Translations under genes and position numbers: made by a program
Shown: piece by piece, positions 28,581 through 44,735 of the stretch
How the letters are laid out: the number at the start of each line of letters is the position of its first letter
Position numbering within the stretch: position 1 is the first letter of the stretch
Notes under the pieces: generated by a model
What the model saw: only the letters and a program-made list of their open reading frames with translations
Databases searched by the model: none
Told to the model about the DNA's origin: nothing
From: Octopus sinensis
Taxonomy: Eukaryota
Length of the DNA: 64,000 bases
NCBI RefSeq assembly: GCF_006345805.1
Contig: NC_043012.1
Span: 52,204,001 to 52,268,000, forward strand
Reading direction: 5' to 3'

Positions 28581-29944
28581 TAAAATAAAGGCATGTTCCT
28601 TTATTTAGCAATCACTGAATATATAAAAATCAAATTCGACTTCCGCAGAATTTCAAATCGAAGTACAAATGATATACGCTCTAATCACTCTGCTTATCCA
28701 TATTATATACTGCTAAATACAAATAACATTTTAGTGTTGGCATCAAACAGGAAATACAGAAGATCTACTTCCTCCGGATTTGAGGTTAAAAAATACCAAA
28801 GCGCCTCGCAATCGAAAACTAGAAGAAATGATTTCGTATAATTATTGTGATTTTATTTTATTTCAATGACGGAGAATATTTTCTGTTATACTTCAACAGA
28901 AAGACTTCTATTTAGAAATCTCGGTTTTGAGTGGAATCGTAGCTTAAGAGTATAAGTGCGATAGCACTCTCTTATCTTCATAGCTTCTGTGAAACTATTT
29001 TTGTTGTGAAAAAAAAAAAGAAAAAAAAAGAAAAATGTTGGCTTTGGAATTTAGCTGATTGCTTTGAACGAGTAAATCAAGACAAAAATGGGTCTGCTTT
29101 CGATAAAATATGATAGACACTTATTGTAATTTCTTATGACTTGATAACGAGGAAAATTTCACAGCATCTATTAGAAGCTGATCTATTCGTGGCGGGAAAC
29201 TTTACACTGGCTGCTGCCGCTGAATCGATTGTCTGAAACAGCAAACAGATTAGCAGTCCAGTCACATGGCCTGCAATCAAATTAGAGGGCCGTACGTATA
29301 CCATCAACGAAGATTACCGTTCGCATTTGTCTTTTTCACTGGGAATCGCAATAGCATGGAATCTAGTTCATCATGGCTTATGCGTGATGCGACTATATTC
29401 ACTATTCGTAATCCTAATGGTAGCACTAAATCGTAATTTTGTTAAAGCTGATAATAGATAAAAGTAATTCTTGTAGATTTTGAAGCAAATGCCTCCTCAT
29501 TCAAGAATCTTAGAATGATGAACACACATAATATATCGGGAAGTGAAAAAAATTATGCATTTATGCAATAACTAAACTAAAGTTGTGTATGTGTGTGTGT
29601 GTGTGTGTGTGATGGTTAAGATACATAATTAGAAAGATGGGAATGCGAACACACCCACATACACACTCATATGGATTGAGGAGATGATAATGTTTCCTGT
29701 ATTTACGCATTCACTTAAGTAGAACCGCTGAACTAGAAGTGAGATTATCAATCGCAACCCATACTAACCTACTTCTGTATGAGTGCGTGTGTGTGCGTGT
29801 GTGCAAACGTGTGTGTGTATGTGTGCATATGGTGTGTGCTTGAAGGTTTTTGCATATGTCTGTGTATAGAGAACTAAATCATTGTAATACTAAGCCTGAC
29901 CCGAATATTTTAGATCTCTGTTGATATGCGTCGTGCTATGAGTT

Positions 29945-29988
<44 letters not shown>

Positions 29989-30028
29989 CATACATACAAA
30001 TTAAAATGTATATATAATATATATAATT

Positions 30029-30059
<31 letters not shown>

Positions 30060-30389
30060 TATATATATATACAAGACACACATCCATGCAGAATCTTCTG
30101 TACATATAAGTAGATAAATAATTATAATTCTCCAACTGCGTGAGTGCATGTCTTATGAGATATAACAGGTTTATCAAGCAAATGTCTTATACATACGCAT
30201 ATGAAATCGTGTGGAAGTGTGTTTGTGAGACTGTGTGAGCGTGTGCCTACGTGTGTGTGTGTGTCCACGTGTATGTGTTTGTGTAGTTTCAGGTATTTGC
30301 CCACCTTGTCAAAATGGATTTTATTGAACTTATCTAAATATAGTGCCTATTTAAATATATTTTGGTGGGTACAATTGTTTAAAGGAAAA

Positions 30390-31893
30390 ACAGCAGTTTT
30401 TTGACACAGCATGTCTCTGCCTTGGAAATCAAACAAATGTTTAATTTCCAAAATATTTTTTTATTTTAAGGAGCAAACAGAGAAACAAAATAATTGGATA
30501 GTTCAAAATTATTGGTACTTCTACAACATTCGGTTATCAATCAATCAATAGTGTATCAATTCTGCTCAATAAATGATACACCTTCGATCTTCATGGTTAG
30601 CTTTCAATTCGCTTCACGCATAGAGAAGAAAATAATTTAGTCCACCTTCAATCGTATATTATTCCCACAAAATGGCCTTCTTGCTTTCACTCTTTTCTTT
30701 AGCTGCCATCATAAATTTTCTATCAGACCTTCAATTGGCCATCGGGCAAGATCTGTCTTGCTTTCTTTCTATCAATTTTAGATTAAAAGCGAGGTATGTT
30801 TGGGATCATTGTCCTGCTTGAAGGTCCATCAGCGTCCTAATCTCAAAAGCTTCGCCGACGACTTCTGATTTTCTGTCAAACTATCGACATAATTTTCTTT
30901 TTCATCGTTCCTTCAATTCGAATTAGCTTTCCAGTGACTTGAACAGAAAAAAAACCTGTTCTACAGCGTTATGCTACCTCCACCATATTTGAACGTAGAG
31001 ATAGCATTCTTCGGATTGTAGCCTTCTTCATCCTTCAATTGGTAGTCCATTCGTTTTAAACGAATAACATGTGTTTGGTTTCGTCAGACCAGAGAACAGA
31101 GCGACAAAAACGTTCAGGCTTCTTCAGAAATTCCCTCGCCAACTTCATACGGGCAGTTAAGTTCTTCGTCTTCAACAATGGCGTCTCCGAGTGAAGGTAC
31201 GCATTGAAGCTTCTCTGTTGAGAGCTCGGGTAATCGTTGACCTTGAAATATTTAAACAGATAGTTCTCATTGTTAATCATTTTGATTAACATCCACTCAT
31301 CTCCTTCTGAAAAGCACTTCTTTCTGCTGAGTTCATTCCTGTTCTGTAACAAACCGGTATCTTGATGCTTCACGATTATGATGCGAACAGTAGATCTAGC
31401 CATAGATAATATCGTATACGCCTCTCCAGCAACTCAACATCAATAATATTTTTCCTAAAGCCAGAACTGTACGCCGTACTGTCGCAGACAAGATCGTTTG
31501 TTGACCCAAAGAAGGCTGTTAAAGGATTGTGCGAATGAAAATAAATAGCCTTGTCAGACATTTTTCGATGAGTTTATGTATTTTAGAGTTTTCTAAGGAT
31601 GACGAAATCTCTATAATTCGACACGTATTCTTATATGGTAGGCCAAATCAAGGTTCTTTGGAACGCAATAGTCAAATCGTTATGCAGGTGCCAATAATTT
31701 TCAGCCGTGCTTGAAATTTTTATCGATTGAAATTACCGTATTATACACCGGCAGATGTTCTTTCGCAAATTCTATACCTCAGTCGTTCATATTATTGTGA
31801 CATAAGAGCACTTTCGTGGTTATCAAATTTCCGCAAGAAATGCAATAAAAAATCCCTTTTTAGCAAATGTGTCAATAATTGTGCTCATGAGTG
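30390..31893 (-). mobile_element. Decayed Tc1-family DNA transposon
   Basis: Minus-strand remnants ARSTVR.., PLLKTKNLTARMKLAREFL..VLWSDETK, KYGGGSI, FKQDNDPKHTS and IENL*. The right end reads TA|CACTCATGAGCACAATTATTGACAC on minus, with inner repeats AAAATTATTGG(T/C)AC at ~30505 and ~31690. The left boundary is uncertain. Confidence 0.85.
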
Positions 31894-33119
31894 TATACGC
31901 TGTATATGCGATATTTTTCATAAAATTACTGATTTCAATTTGTGGTATTTAATTCCGAAAAATAGTCCCTAAGCACTACAGCACTACAGCACGGCACGTA
32001 TTTATTTGATTCTGTATAGAAAAGTATTACTGAGTTTCGGTTGTAACTTTTAATGCACAGAACCTAATAATGTCAAGCGCTTGTTTCAGCAATCTATCGA
32101 TTATACCACTCTGGTGGTGTCAATGATCATATATACTATATAGCGTATCTGGTGGTATTGGTCTGTCATTCAGAGCTATCTCAATGTTTGACTGGTACTT
32201 TAGAAAACGATTCACCGGGGCTATAACGTAAGGTTAAATTCGACGCTATTGTGCCAATCCTTCAATTTTGCCACTCTAGTAAGAATAGTGATCACGATCT
32301 TCAGCTATGTGTTTCCTTATATTTAAAACAGATTCTGAAATTATCATCGTCAGTATTTTTGTTGTTATTCATGTTCTTGTTATTAATTCTGTCGTTGTTT
32401 TAATATTTTAGTTGTTATTGTTGCTTATAATTGGAAGTGAGTGGATGTACAAAATACAACTCCCTCTGAGATCAGACTATTCATTTATTGAAAAACAAAT
32501 ATTTTTTAACAAACAAACGTAGAATATATTCTAATATATAAATAAGAACGATTTTTTTGTTTCTGATAACGCCAATACCGATGGAAGAAATCTTGTCAGT
32601 GCTGCTATAGAGAAAGCGAATTCATAGGTAAAGTGTTTGAACGCCTGGAAGAAAAAGGGGAAAAGGAACAACATTTTACAAAATTTAGAACATCGTTTGC
32701 CTATATAATTAGCCTTATATAAATCAGCACAAATGTTGCCGAAATAGACAGGTGTTTTTACCTGTCGTCATAGAAATATTTAGAAGCTTCGAAGTATACG
32801 TGCAATGATTTCTTTTGCAACATATCAGAGCATATGGAAGTGGGAACATAAGGATATGATAAGGAGAGATGTGGAGTTGGTGCACCACATATCTTCCCAG
32901 AGTATTATGCGACAGGTGGAGTTGGCATTTCGCGCATCTTCCACATGGTGTCCCCATATATGATGACAGAATGCAAAGGACATTAGTAATAAACGTCAAC
33001 CTTGGATTTTCGCTACATGAGATAGACAGGAGATGAGCGCAGAAATAACATGAAATAATACCGTGTCATGTGGCTATCTGTATAAATATGCAAGCGCTAA
33101 TGCCCTTCGAAGAGGACTA

Positions 33120-34330
<1,211 letters not shown>

Positions 34331-35210
34331 TCAATATGTGTTTAGGTAGGAAGTCCAACACAAGGTGCTCGGCATTTGGAATTTAGTCACGCACAGCCCT
34401 CAACTAGTCACGCAATGTGGTCGGTGGAACGTCCGAAGATGGCGTTCAAAGAGAGTAAATGCAGCAGGAATTTCTGCGGTATTCTCCTGGTAATTCAATG
34501 GGAAACTTATTCGAAAGATGATCGAATATGGCGACTAGGGTGTATGTGAACGGTTCTTGTCTGAGCATGAAGCTGTACGCTTGTAAGCGAAATGAAAAGG
34601 AAGACATGGGCCTTTAATATCCCGTGATTGGTTCCAAGCAAGTAACTCACAAACTGAGGAATTTGGTTTTCTGAAGTTATGTTGTTACTTGTTTTCATAG
34701 TACATTTAGCGCATCACACGCAAATCTCCATCATTGTATATTCTGGTTTCTGAGGTTTTGAGGCCTCCTCTCAATAAATAAATGTGTGTGTGTGTATATG
34801 TGGGACAGAGTGTGTGGGCTTTTGTTTTTGTATATAGGTGTTTGTGTGTGTGTGTGTGTTTATGTAGGTATTATGTGTATGTATGTACGTATGTATGTAT
34901 ACATTCATTCGGGCTTCTCGATATTTTAAAGTTTAATTTTTAATGGCAAGAATCCAGTTGGACCGCATATTGAATTATCAGCAAAGTAAATTAAAATGTA
35001 CATAATGTCAATCTACATACATTTAAATTCCTCTTTTTTTTAGTTTCCAAGTAAAAATTTCATTTTAGAATGTATTTTATAACAGAAAATTTTGACACTT
35101 TTATCACATTGATTTGGCATTCTTGATTCGACCCGTTCTCGAACTTAATATAAATACACGTACATTTGTATAAAGTAATTGAAATTACTACACACACGCG
35201 TGTACAAACG

Positions 35211-35264
<54 letters not shown>

Positions 35265-36074
35265 TAGATAGATAGATAGATAGACTTTTATATAGATGTA
35301 TATATATATACACACATATATATCGCAGTATATTTTGTGGCTTTCGCTATGTATTTGCATGTCAAAACACGGTTAGAGTGCATCTAAATCGAGCCTAATA
35401 CAAATCTTATGCGCTCAGTTTCGACAATTACATGTCGTGCAAGCTCAAGTGTAATCATTTTTAGTCCAATATTACAAATAAATTTCAGAAATGGTCGGCT
35501 TGTCAGGTTCACTTCGGTATATTAAAATTTCGTAACAGGCTCTATGGCCACGAAATTATAAATAGTAAGACATGTATTACACATCGTTTTCTCTTGATAT
35601 ATATTCGATTCATCTACATCACGTGGATTTAAATTCTGCAGTTGCTATATTGTATTAGAAGCTCTTATTCAGAATCGAAAGTATTGTGAAAATGCGTTCT
35701 ATGATTTCCTTCACGAAGAGAGCAAGGTGTATGGTTTTGAACTACACGCAGCTCTTTACTGACTGATCGGATTATGCAGTGATAAGGAAACATGTACAAA
35801 TACATAAATACATACACGCACACACACAACACATGTAAATATGTGTGTGTGATAGTATGTATGTATATACATACTATCACACACACATCACACACAATTA
35901 TATACGTTTTAATTATTTTTTGGGGAAATTTACTTAATCATTGATATTTTATTCTTATTTTAATTTTAATATTTCCATTATATGTAATTTTCTAGATGGT
36001 GTAATTTAATTGTTCATTTTGTTTTGAATTGTAAAAGGTGTTTTTTTTCTAATTTTATATATATTATATATATA

Positions 36075-36303
36075 TACTTACTTTTACTTTTACTTTTACT
36101 TTTACTTGTTTCAGTCATTTGACTGCGGCCATGCTGGAGCACCGCCTTTAGTCGAGCAAATCGACCCCGGGACTTATTCTTTCTAAGCCCAGTACTTATT
36201 CTGTCGGTCTCTTTTTGCCGAACCGCTAAGTGACGGGGACGTAAACACACCAGCATCGGTTGTCAAGCAATGCTAGGGGGACAAACACAGACACACAAAC
36301 ACG

Positions 36304-36344
<41 letters not shown>

Positions 36345-36507
36345 TACATACGACAGGCTTCTTTCAGTTTCCGTCTACCAAATCCACTCAGAAGGCTTGG
36401 TCGGCCCGAGGCTATAGTAGAAGACATATGCCCAAGATGCCACGCAGTGGGACTGAACCCGAAACCATGTAGTTCATAAGCAAGCTACTTACCACCAGCA
36501 CTCCTGC
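36075..36507 (-). mobile_element. SINE family B, full length
   Basis: Near-identical to 6607-7023; (AAAAGT)n tail. Confidence 0.88.
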
Positions 36508-37432
36508 ATATATATAATTATACACGTATAACTATATACGTATTATAATATAATATAATATATATATATATATAATATAATATACGCAGGTATTTACATA
36601 CACATACATATATATATATAAGTACAAAATAAGGATTACCTCAAAATGATTACTAGGTTGATCCCAGTTGGTATTCAAAATTGTTATTCAACAGTTAAAC
36701 TATAAATGAAATTCAGTTCTTATAAGAAAAGGAATTAGAGGAATATTCCATTAAGAACTCAGGCCTCTAAGCAGGTATCACTATGGCAACTCTCTCAGTC
36801 ATGGTCAATAAGATGATTACACGCTACGATCCTTTCTTCCAAGAACTGCTGGAAACAGCAGAAGTGAGTTAGAAGGTTAAACCTTAGTGCGCATGCACAA
36901 CTCAGTTGAATGTAAATCAGCGCCAAGCGGCTTTAAACCGTTTGCTTTATCCTCGTTACGATGGCAATAGTCCGGATACTTCTTGATCAGATCTCGTATA
37001 CAATATATATACATATTTCTATACATTCAGAAACAATATGACCATCTGTGTAATCTTATAAAGAGCAAAAAACCTTTTCTTTCATCTGCACGTCTTATCG
37101 ACATGCAAATTTTTTATGATTTCCTTTCTGACGAATGAAATATTTGTCGGTCATTTAGAAAACGATATTTTTAATCGTACATATTATTAGAGTTCATAAC
37201 CGTGTTCTCTTTTGTAGATGACGTACAATAAATTGGTGGAATTGACACAGATGTTGGAATGCCGTACCATAACTTTAGAGGCCTTTGATTTAGAGATATT
37301 TATATATCTCAGTACGAACACACCTATTTATCGATTTCATTCTCGTTGGATAAAACAGAAAGTGACATAAATAGTATAAGATTCAAGATTCAATTCAGAA
37401 GACCTAGAAACAGTAATTTTACAAAGTCCTCC

Positions 37433-37477
<45 letters not shown>

Positions 37478-37667
37478 AATGAATATGGATGTATGCATGT
37501 GTGTACATGTATATGTGTGTGTGTATGTGTGTGCGTGTGTGTATATAATATATATTATATTTATATATATATATATGTTTGTATGTAATATATATATATA
37601 TATATACTTACATACATATACATAAATATAAGAAATTGTGACTGTGTGTATTAGTATTTGTCATGTC

Positions 37668-37700
<33 letters not shown>

Positions 37701-37794
37701 TAAGTAATCGTTAGCAATATAAGAGAAGTCTAAATAAATCAATAGAGAAAGAGCACAGAAGTACAGAGAAACGAAGCCTAATCATCAGCTATTC

Positions 37795-37970
37795 AGTTAC
37801 CAACCAGCGTTGACTGTTTTGCGTCCTCCTTACCTTAGAGGTGACAGCAGGAAGAAGCTGACGAATAAATACATGTTCTTTAAAGTAAGTGCCATGGTAT
37901 ACTTCTTCGACTAAACCCTTCATTGCATTGTTCCAATATGGCAGTACTGCAAATGACTGAAATAAGAAAT
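37795..37970 (+). mobile_element. SINE family B 3' fragment, degenerate
   Basis: TTCGACTAAA...CAAATGACTGAAATAAGAAA matches the family B 3' end. Confidence 0.5.
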
Positions 37971-38338
37971 ATGGTAGATAACAGCGTATTAAAAATCGTC
38001 GAACGAGAGACCGCATACTTTTCAATTTATGATTCCACCTCTATACATAGTAACATCACTGTGTTTATTCCTTCCTTCACACATACCTCACGCAGAAAAC
38101 ATGAACAACAGCATTTCTATAGTGAATTCTATTCACAACCAGCCCCATTACTAACTTGTAATATATGCAAATATAAAATTCGAACTAATATTTTTTTTTA
38201 ATTCTTAGTAAAAAAAAAATGTACACTTGAATACTATGATGGTCAGTCTTTCTATTCAATACACGAGTTCATTGGAGTTTTGGTTTTATATTACACCAAT
38301 CTGTCATGAGACTCTTTCTTTCACTTTCCTCTTCACTC

Positions 38339-38379
<41 letters not shown>

Positions 38380-38466
38380 GTCACTATGTGTATATATATA
38401 TATGTGTGTGTGTGTGTGTCTGTGTGTGCATATACACATATATATATCTATGTATGTATATATACG

Positions 38467-38505
<39 letters not shown>

Positions 38506-38526
38506 ATACATATATATGTGTATATA

Positions 38527-38558
<32 letters not shown>

Positions 38559-39166
38559 ATATAATATATATATATAATAATATATATGTATATATATATA
38601 CATATATACATATATATGTGTGTGTGTTGTGTGCGTGTGTGTAGATATATATGTCTATATAGCTGTCCGTTCTTCTCTATATCTACAGCTCTGCCAACTA
38701 TGTTGCCCTCCGTCGTTCATTCCCTCTCTCACTCCCCTTTCTCTCCCTATCTACCTATCTATTTATCTCTGAATCTCTGCTTTGTTCTTCATCTGTCTAT
38801 CTATTTCTCTTGCCCTCTCACTCTCTCTCTCCCCTCTCTCTCTCCTTGTTATTCTCTCCCTCACCTCTAAATGTTACTTTCTCCTTCTTTTGTTAATATT
38901 TTCATTGCATTAATGTATGCACACAGAAAGTAATTGCAAATTTTTTGCCATATATGCCTCTATATGAATATATTTATATGTATACGCAAAACATCAACAT
39001 GCGTGTGTGTGTGTCTGTATGTGTATAATTATAATAGAAAGAGATAGCTACATAGCTTACTGCAAGAACATGAATATAGTCATATATTGTATGTATGTGT
39101 ATATATAGGTTTGTGTCTATGTATTTATGCCCTTATCTCTCTGTCTCTCTTATATATATATATACA

Positions 39167-39233
<67 letters not shown>

Positions 39234-40384
39234 ATATAATATATATATATAGATATAGATATATAGATAGATATACACCACACACACACACAAACCCACA
39301 TATATATATATATATATATAATATAGTATACATATATATCATGCTCTCTCTCTCTCTTTCTCTCATATACACACACATACACGCACGATCACTCACTCAC
39401 TTTTTACTCGCTTTTCATCATTACCTCGCTTTCTTACATTTTGTGTTTACCATTACTTGCCTTGGAAATTGATATCTTAAACTTAAGAAGAATTATATAC
39501 GAGCAGTGATCGTTATTTGACGACAAACTAGTTCGTTTTCTGTCGTATCAAAATTCCGTCTGACAGAATGTGTACACTTGCCTTCAACTGCTTGACGCCG
39601 TTGCATTCAGTTCACAACAACAGAACAAAATGAAAAAAGAAAACGCTAAAGAAAAGAGAGAGAGAGAGAGAGAGAGAGAATGAATGAATGAATGAAAATC
39701 AAGCAGAAAAGAAGTAAAGAAAACGAAAAATAAAGCAGCAACAAATACACGTTCACACAGACCGAACGACAGTTGAAGGATTGCTACAAGTTCGAAGGGC
39801 TACAAACAAGAATACAGAAGACCCCAGTGTCCATGGGTGACGTGTTGCGGTAATCAAATCCAAACAGAGCTGACATCAAATACAAAGTACTTTCGTTCTC
39901 TGAAGCAATCAAAACTTCTGCTGCCTAAGGCAGACGGAATGGAAAGATGGTCTTCCATTTTAATTCCGTAACGACGTCATTTGAATAAGAAGAAATTCTT
40001 GTGAGATAATTTTCAACCTAACAGTAGACACAAGGGTATGGATGGAAGCGGTGTTGGAGTTGGAGAAATGATTGGTAAACATAGTGTATAATTTACAAGT
40101 GATGAACAAAATACTGTTACAGCAAATCTCGGAATTTATTGGCGCTGGGTGAGGTGTTTGAATATGAAATAAGCTTTGTAACCTGGTGGTCGTGAGTTCG
40201 AGTCCATTACGCAGAAATGTAGGATATCTATATTCTACCATAGACGTGAGCTAGCTGATATCTCATGACTGCAGACGTACGCTACCGTATATCTATAACT
40301 ATTTATCTATCTATCTATCTATGTATCTCCCTCTCTTTCTCACTCTCTCTCTCTCTCTTTCTCTGTATATATATATATATATCT

Positions 40385-40857
40385 TTCTTTGACTGCGGCC
40401 ATGCTGGAGCATCACCTTTAGTCGGGCAAATCGACCCCAGAGCTTATTCTGTGTAACCCTAGTAATTATTCTATCGGTCACTTTTGCCGAACCGCTCACT
40501 TACGGGAACGTTAACACACCAGCATCGGTTGTCAAGTGATGTTGGGAGACAAACACAGAGACACAAACATATACACACACATTTATATATATACACATAC
40601 GACGGGCTTCTTCCAGTTTCCACCTACCAAATCCACTCACAAGTCTTTGGTCTCAGTTGGACTGAACCCATGACCATGTGGTTGGTAAGCAAGCTACTTT
40701 ATTTTATCAAATTTGCCATAAAAGCAGTACGTAGAGTGAGGAATCTTGTGGGTTGGACACAGACATTAATGAGGTGAATGATAGTGATACAAGGATGATA
40801 AGGATGGGAGAAGACAAAAAACGCCCGCCGACTTACCACACATCCACTCCTGCGCCT
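40385..40857 (-). mobile_element. SINE family B interrupted by a ~130-bp insert (40700-40830)
   Basis: Family B sequence stops at GCAAGCTACTT and resumes at ACTTACCACAC...CTCCTGCGCCT. Confidence 0.85.
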
Positions 40858-40865
40858 ATATATAT

Positions 40866-40902
<37 letters not shown>

Positions 40903-40928
40903 CATATTCTTATATATGTATGCGTGTA

Positions 40929-41161
40929 AAAGGCGGCGAGCTGGCAGAAACGTTAGCACGCCGGGCGAAATGCGTAGCCGTATTTCGTCTGCAGTTACGT
41001 TCTGAGTTCAAATTCCGCCGAGGTCGACTTTGCCTTTCATCCTTTCGGGGTCGATAAATTAAGTACCAGTTGCGCACTGGGGTCGAAATAATCGACTTAA
41101 TCCCTTTGTCTGTCCTTGTTTGTCCTCTCTGTGTTTTAGCCCCTGGTGGGTAGTAAAGAAA
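40929..41161 (+). mobile_element. SINE family A (tail type 1), intact, 18-bp TSD
   Basis: Head GGCGGCGAGCTGGCAGAAACG...GAGTTCAAATTCC; TATATATGTATGCGTGTA at 40911-40928 and 41162-41179. Confidence 0.92.
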
Positions 41162-41322
41162 TATATATGTATGCGTGTATGTATTTATATATTATATATA
41201 TATATATATAGATATAGAGAGAGAGAGAGAGAGATAGATAGATTGATAGATAGATAGATAGGTAGGTAGATGGATAGATAGAGAGATAGATGATAGATAG
41301 ATAGATAGATGGATAGATAGAT

Positions 41323-41356
<34 letters not shown>

Positions 41357-41533
41357 TAGCTATATATCACGCCTCGACTAGACTATGGGATGTTGTAAAA
41401 TATCTCTGGTTAAAATACGCCTCTAATTCTAATGCTTCATTCTTTCCATCTTCCCCCAAATCGTTTCACTAAATCACCTTCTTCTCGTCGTCCGCAACGG
41501 TACGGGTCCAACAGATAGCCAGCAGAACACTTC

Positions 41534-41633
41534 NNNNNNNNNNNNNNNNNNNNNNNNNNNNNNNNNNNNNNNNNNNNNNNNNNNNNNNNNNNNNNNNNNN
41601 NNNNNNNNNNNNNNNNNNNNNNNNNNNNNNNNN
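41534..41633. other. Assembly gap (100 N)
   Basis: Run of N. Confidence 1.
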
Positions 41634-42104
41634 TTAAGACGCCTTCTGATCTCAGAGATGCAGTGTTCCCAGATCTACAAGCTAATTATCAGAATATGGA
41701 TTGGATTGGCAAAAAGATAATACTGGCCCCGAGGAATAAAACTGTTCACCATATTAATGATGAAATGCTAAAAGTCATTCCTGGGGAAGTCTATGTATAT
41801 CAGTCTATCGATACAACTCCTGACCCAGAGGACGTCATCAACTATCCAATAGAGGTACTCAATTCCTTTGAGCACCCCGGACTACACCACCCACTTTCTC
41901 AAACTTAAAGTTGGTGCCCCTATATTGCTCATCAGAAATTTGGTCCCCCAAAACAATGCAATGGCACACGCTTGATCGTTAAGTCCTTATCTCCCACCGT
42001 AAACTTATATCAATGTTTGCCTGAATAATCATCATAATTCAGTGCAATCATTAACAGTACTTTCAAGCAATTCAGCCCCGAGCAACGCCGGGCAATTCTG
42101 CTAG
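41634..42104 (+). mobile_element. Helitron fragment: Pif1-like helicase remnant plus 3' terminus
   Basis: FPDLQANY..W...IILAPRN..V..IN..ML..IPGE...Y.SID......YP.EVLNS...PGL, then after a frameshift LKVGAPILLIRNL....CNGTRLIVK. Subterminal hairpin CCCG(A)GCAACGCCGGG and CTAG|T end at 42101-42105. Confidence 0.92.
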
Positions 42105-42130
42105 TATATATATATTATATATAAATATGT

Positions 42131-42169
<39 letters not shown>

Positions 42170-42271
42170 TATATTACACACACGCGTTTATGAATTTCTG
42201 TGACGAAAAAAACCGTTTTCTTCAGGTGAATATACAGGAAATACCTATTTGAAAGCAACATTTCAAAATCA

Positions 42272-43545
42272 CCACGATGATTATTACAGACACTTCTGTT
42301 TACTTTGTTCGTATAAAGATATTGAATTAAGACATCCTTGAAATCCTGTGGTACACACCCTGCCATCTAGATATTTATGAAGAGATCATGCAGTTTCTTA
42401 AAATGCTTTTGTTCACCATGCTTGTAGACTTCAGGAAAGACAGCATCTCTACTAGTTGCTTTACCAGAAGAGGTATGTTTCACAGAGTTTACCACTTCCA
42501 GGAAGTTTGGCTCCAGAGACAATTTCAGTATTTCAGCGCGCTGTGGAATAGACATTATAATGTCATCAATAGGCACTGAAGCGGAGTTCAACACGGCTTC
42601 GAAGTGATATTTCTATCGTTCCAGGATGTCATTTGTTAGCTAAAAGTGTCTCTCCATTGGATGAAAAACTAGCAGAAACACTGTGCTCTTGAAGACAATA
42701 CGTTTTTGATAATATTATAAAAGTCTGTAGAATGTTTCTTCTGTCCAGAGCTTCTTGGAGCTCAGTAGCCTTGGAAGACTACCAAGCCTCCTTCATCTGT
42801 TTCAGAGCACGCTGGACTTGACCTCAACATTTCTTATAAACATTCTCTTTTCTAGATGAGTTCTTATCGTTTGTATATGGCTTATGAGAGCTGTGAATTT
42901 TGTCTATCAACTGCTGGATATTTCTGTTGTTATCATTGAACCAATCTTGATGCTTACGAACAGAAAGTTCAAGAACTTCAACAGATGCAGAGTGCGTTGC
43001 ATCATGCAAAGTCTTCCAAGATGATTCTGTGTCATAACTGGCAGATCATGAATTCGCCAAGGCAATGATGACTTTTGTAGACTTGTGTGTTTCATATTGA
43101 ACGTAGCCTTGCTACGGATAAGATAATGGTCAGAGAGATATCAAGTGTAATGAAAGAAACGTGTAATGCTAAAGTCGCTAATATCTCGCTTCTTAGTGAC
43201 AACATAGTCTATGAGATGCCAATCTTTAGATGTAGAGTGCATCCAGGTTGTCTTGCAAACATGTCACTGTTGAAAAAAGGTATTTGTGGCAGATGGAGAA
43301 CACACACAGACCGCTGGAATTCATTCCTGAGACACCTTGGCGACTAAGTACATCCTCTCATGCATGATGGTCAGTACGAACACGATCGTTAAGTTAGCCA
43401 TAAGGATAAGTTTAACCATATGGTGACAAGCGGAGATGAAATCACGGAGCTGGTTGTAAAATTCATTATCTTCCTGCCCAGTGCTGGCCATGGTTGGAGA
43501 AGAGCAAGTGACAAGCGTAGCACGAGTATTGTGATCAAGTTCCAC
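42272..43545 (-). mobile_element. Decayed RTE-clade LINE fragment (endonuclease to start of RT)
   Basis: TLVTCSSPTM....DNEFYNQL, RKHQDWFNDN, SGKATSRDAVFPEVYKHG and VPQDFKD..IQYLY.NK.NRSVCNNHRG are RTE/BovB-like motifs; many stops and frameshifts. Confidence 0.88.
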
Positions 43546-43597
43546 GTTGGTATCACGATGTGATTAGAAATACCTTTGGGTAGAGAAAGAGGGATAG

Positions 43598-43636
<39 letters not shown>

Positions 43637-43710
43637 ATATATATATATATATAATATTATATATATATATATATATATATTACATATATACACATACATA
43701 TATACATATT

Positions 43711-43770
<60 letters not shown>

Positions 43771-43771
<1 letters not shown>

Positions 43772-44237
43772 TAACTTAGAATAACTTAGAAAGGTTTTGG
43801 CCAGTATTGGCCCAGGCCATGTTCTAACTTAATAGCACCACCTGTGAAGTCTTTCAGTTCAGGATTTGGGCACCAAGGCCATTCGAGCAGAGAGTTATTG
43901 TTTGCGGAGAGATATCCGGGTGTGGGTGGTTTGTCCGGTACTGTTTGAAGGAATTTGTCCAAAGACTTCTTGAATTTTGTGTGGTCAGTTCTTTTTTGAC
44001 GTGCCCTGGTGTAATGTTGAAGAGAGCAGGTCCAATTGAGGTGAAATAGTTGTGCCGTATTGTCGTTATGTGATGCGATTTACATTTTTGTTGTGGACGG
44101 ATGGCACGTGGTCCAAGCCTTGGATGCATTTTGAAGGTGATGCCAACATCATTCGGACAGTGCTGGTGGAATATTTTCCACATCATACAGATAATGTAGC
44201 GTTCACGGCGTCGTTGTAGTGAATACAATTTCAGCTT
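43771..44237 (-). mobile_element. 5'-truncated CR1-group LINE 3' end
   Basis: KLKLYSLQRRRERY..MWKI...GPALFN..P, then after a frameshift FKKSLDKFLQTVPDKPPTPGY..ANNNSL. Short 3' UTR ending in (TTCTAAGTTA)2. Confidence 0.85.
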
Positions 44238-44641
44238 CTCTCTCTATATATATATATATGTAATTTCACTACGGATCAAATAATTCAGGAGAAAATATTT
44301 GCGAGGATATTATTGACTCTATTATTATCTAGTGTAACAATTAAAAATGATAATAATAACAGAATCAATAATATCGGCGATTGAAGACCTAAAAAGCATC
44401 AAATAGTTGAAGTATTATGTCAAAGGACATAGTAAATATGTCTACCTGCTGAAAGTAACAGTCAAAACTATTAGCATTTATCATTGTTTTTTCGGCGATT
44501 TAAATACTTCGTATACACTATATCTACGTCAGGAATTCCGGTATGTTCCTTTGGATTATAATTGATGCGGGAAACGGAAAATGGAAAATGGATCCGGTAC
44601 GAATCTTCATTCTCACATATATACACAAATATATACACAAG

Positions 44642-44679
<38 letters not shown>

Positions 44680-44694
44680 CGAGAAAGAGAGAGA

Positions 44695-44735
<41 letters not shown>

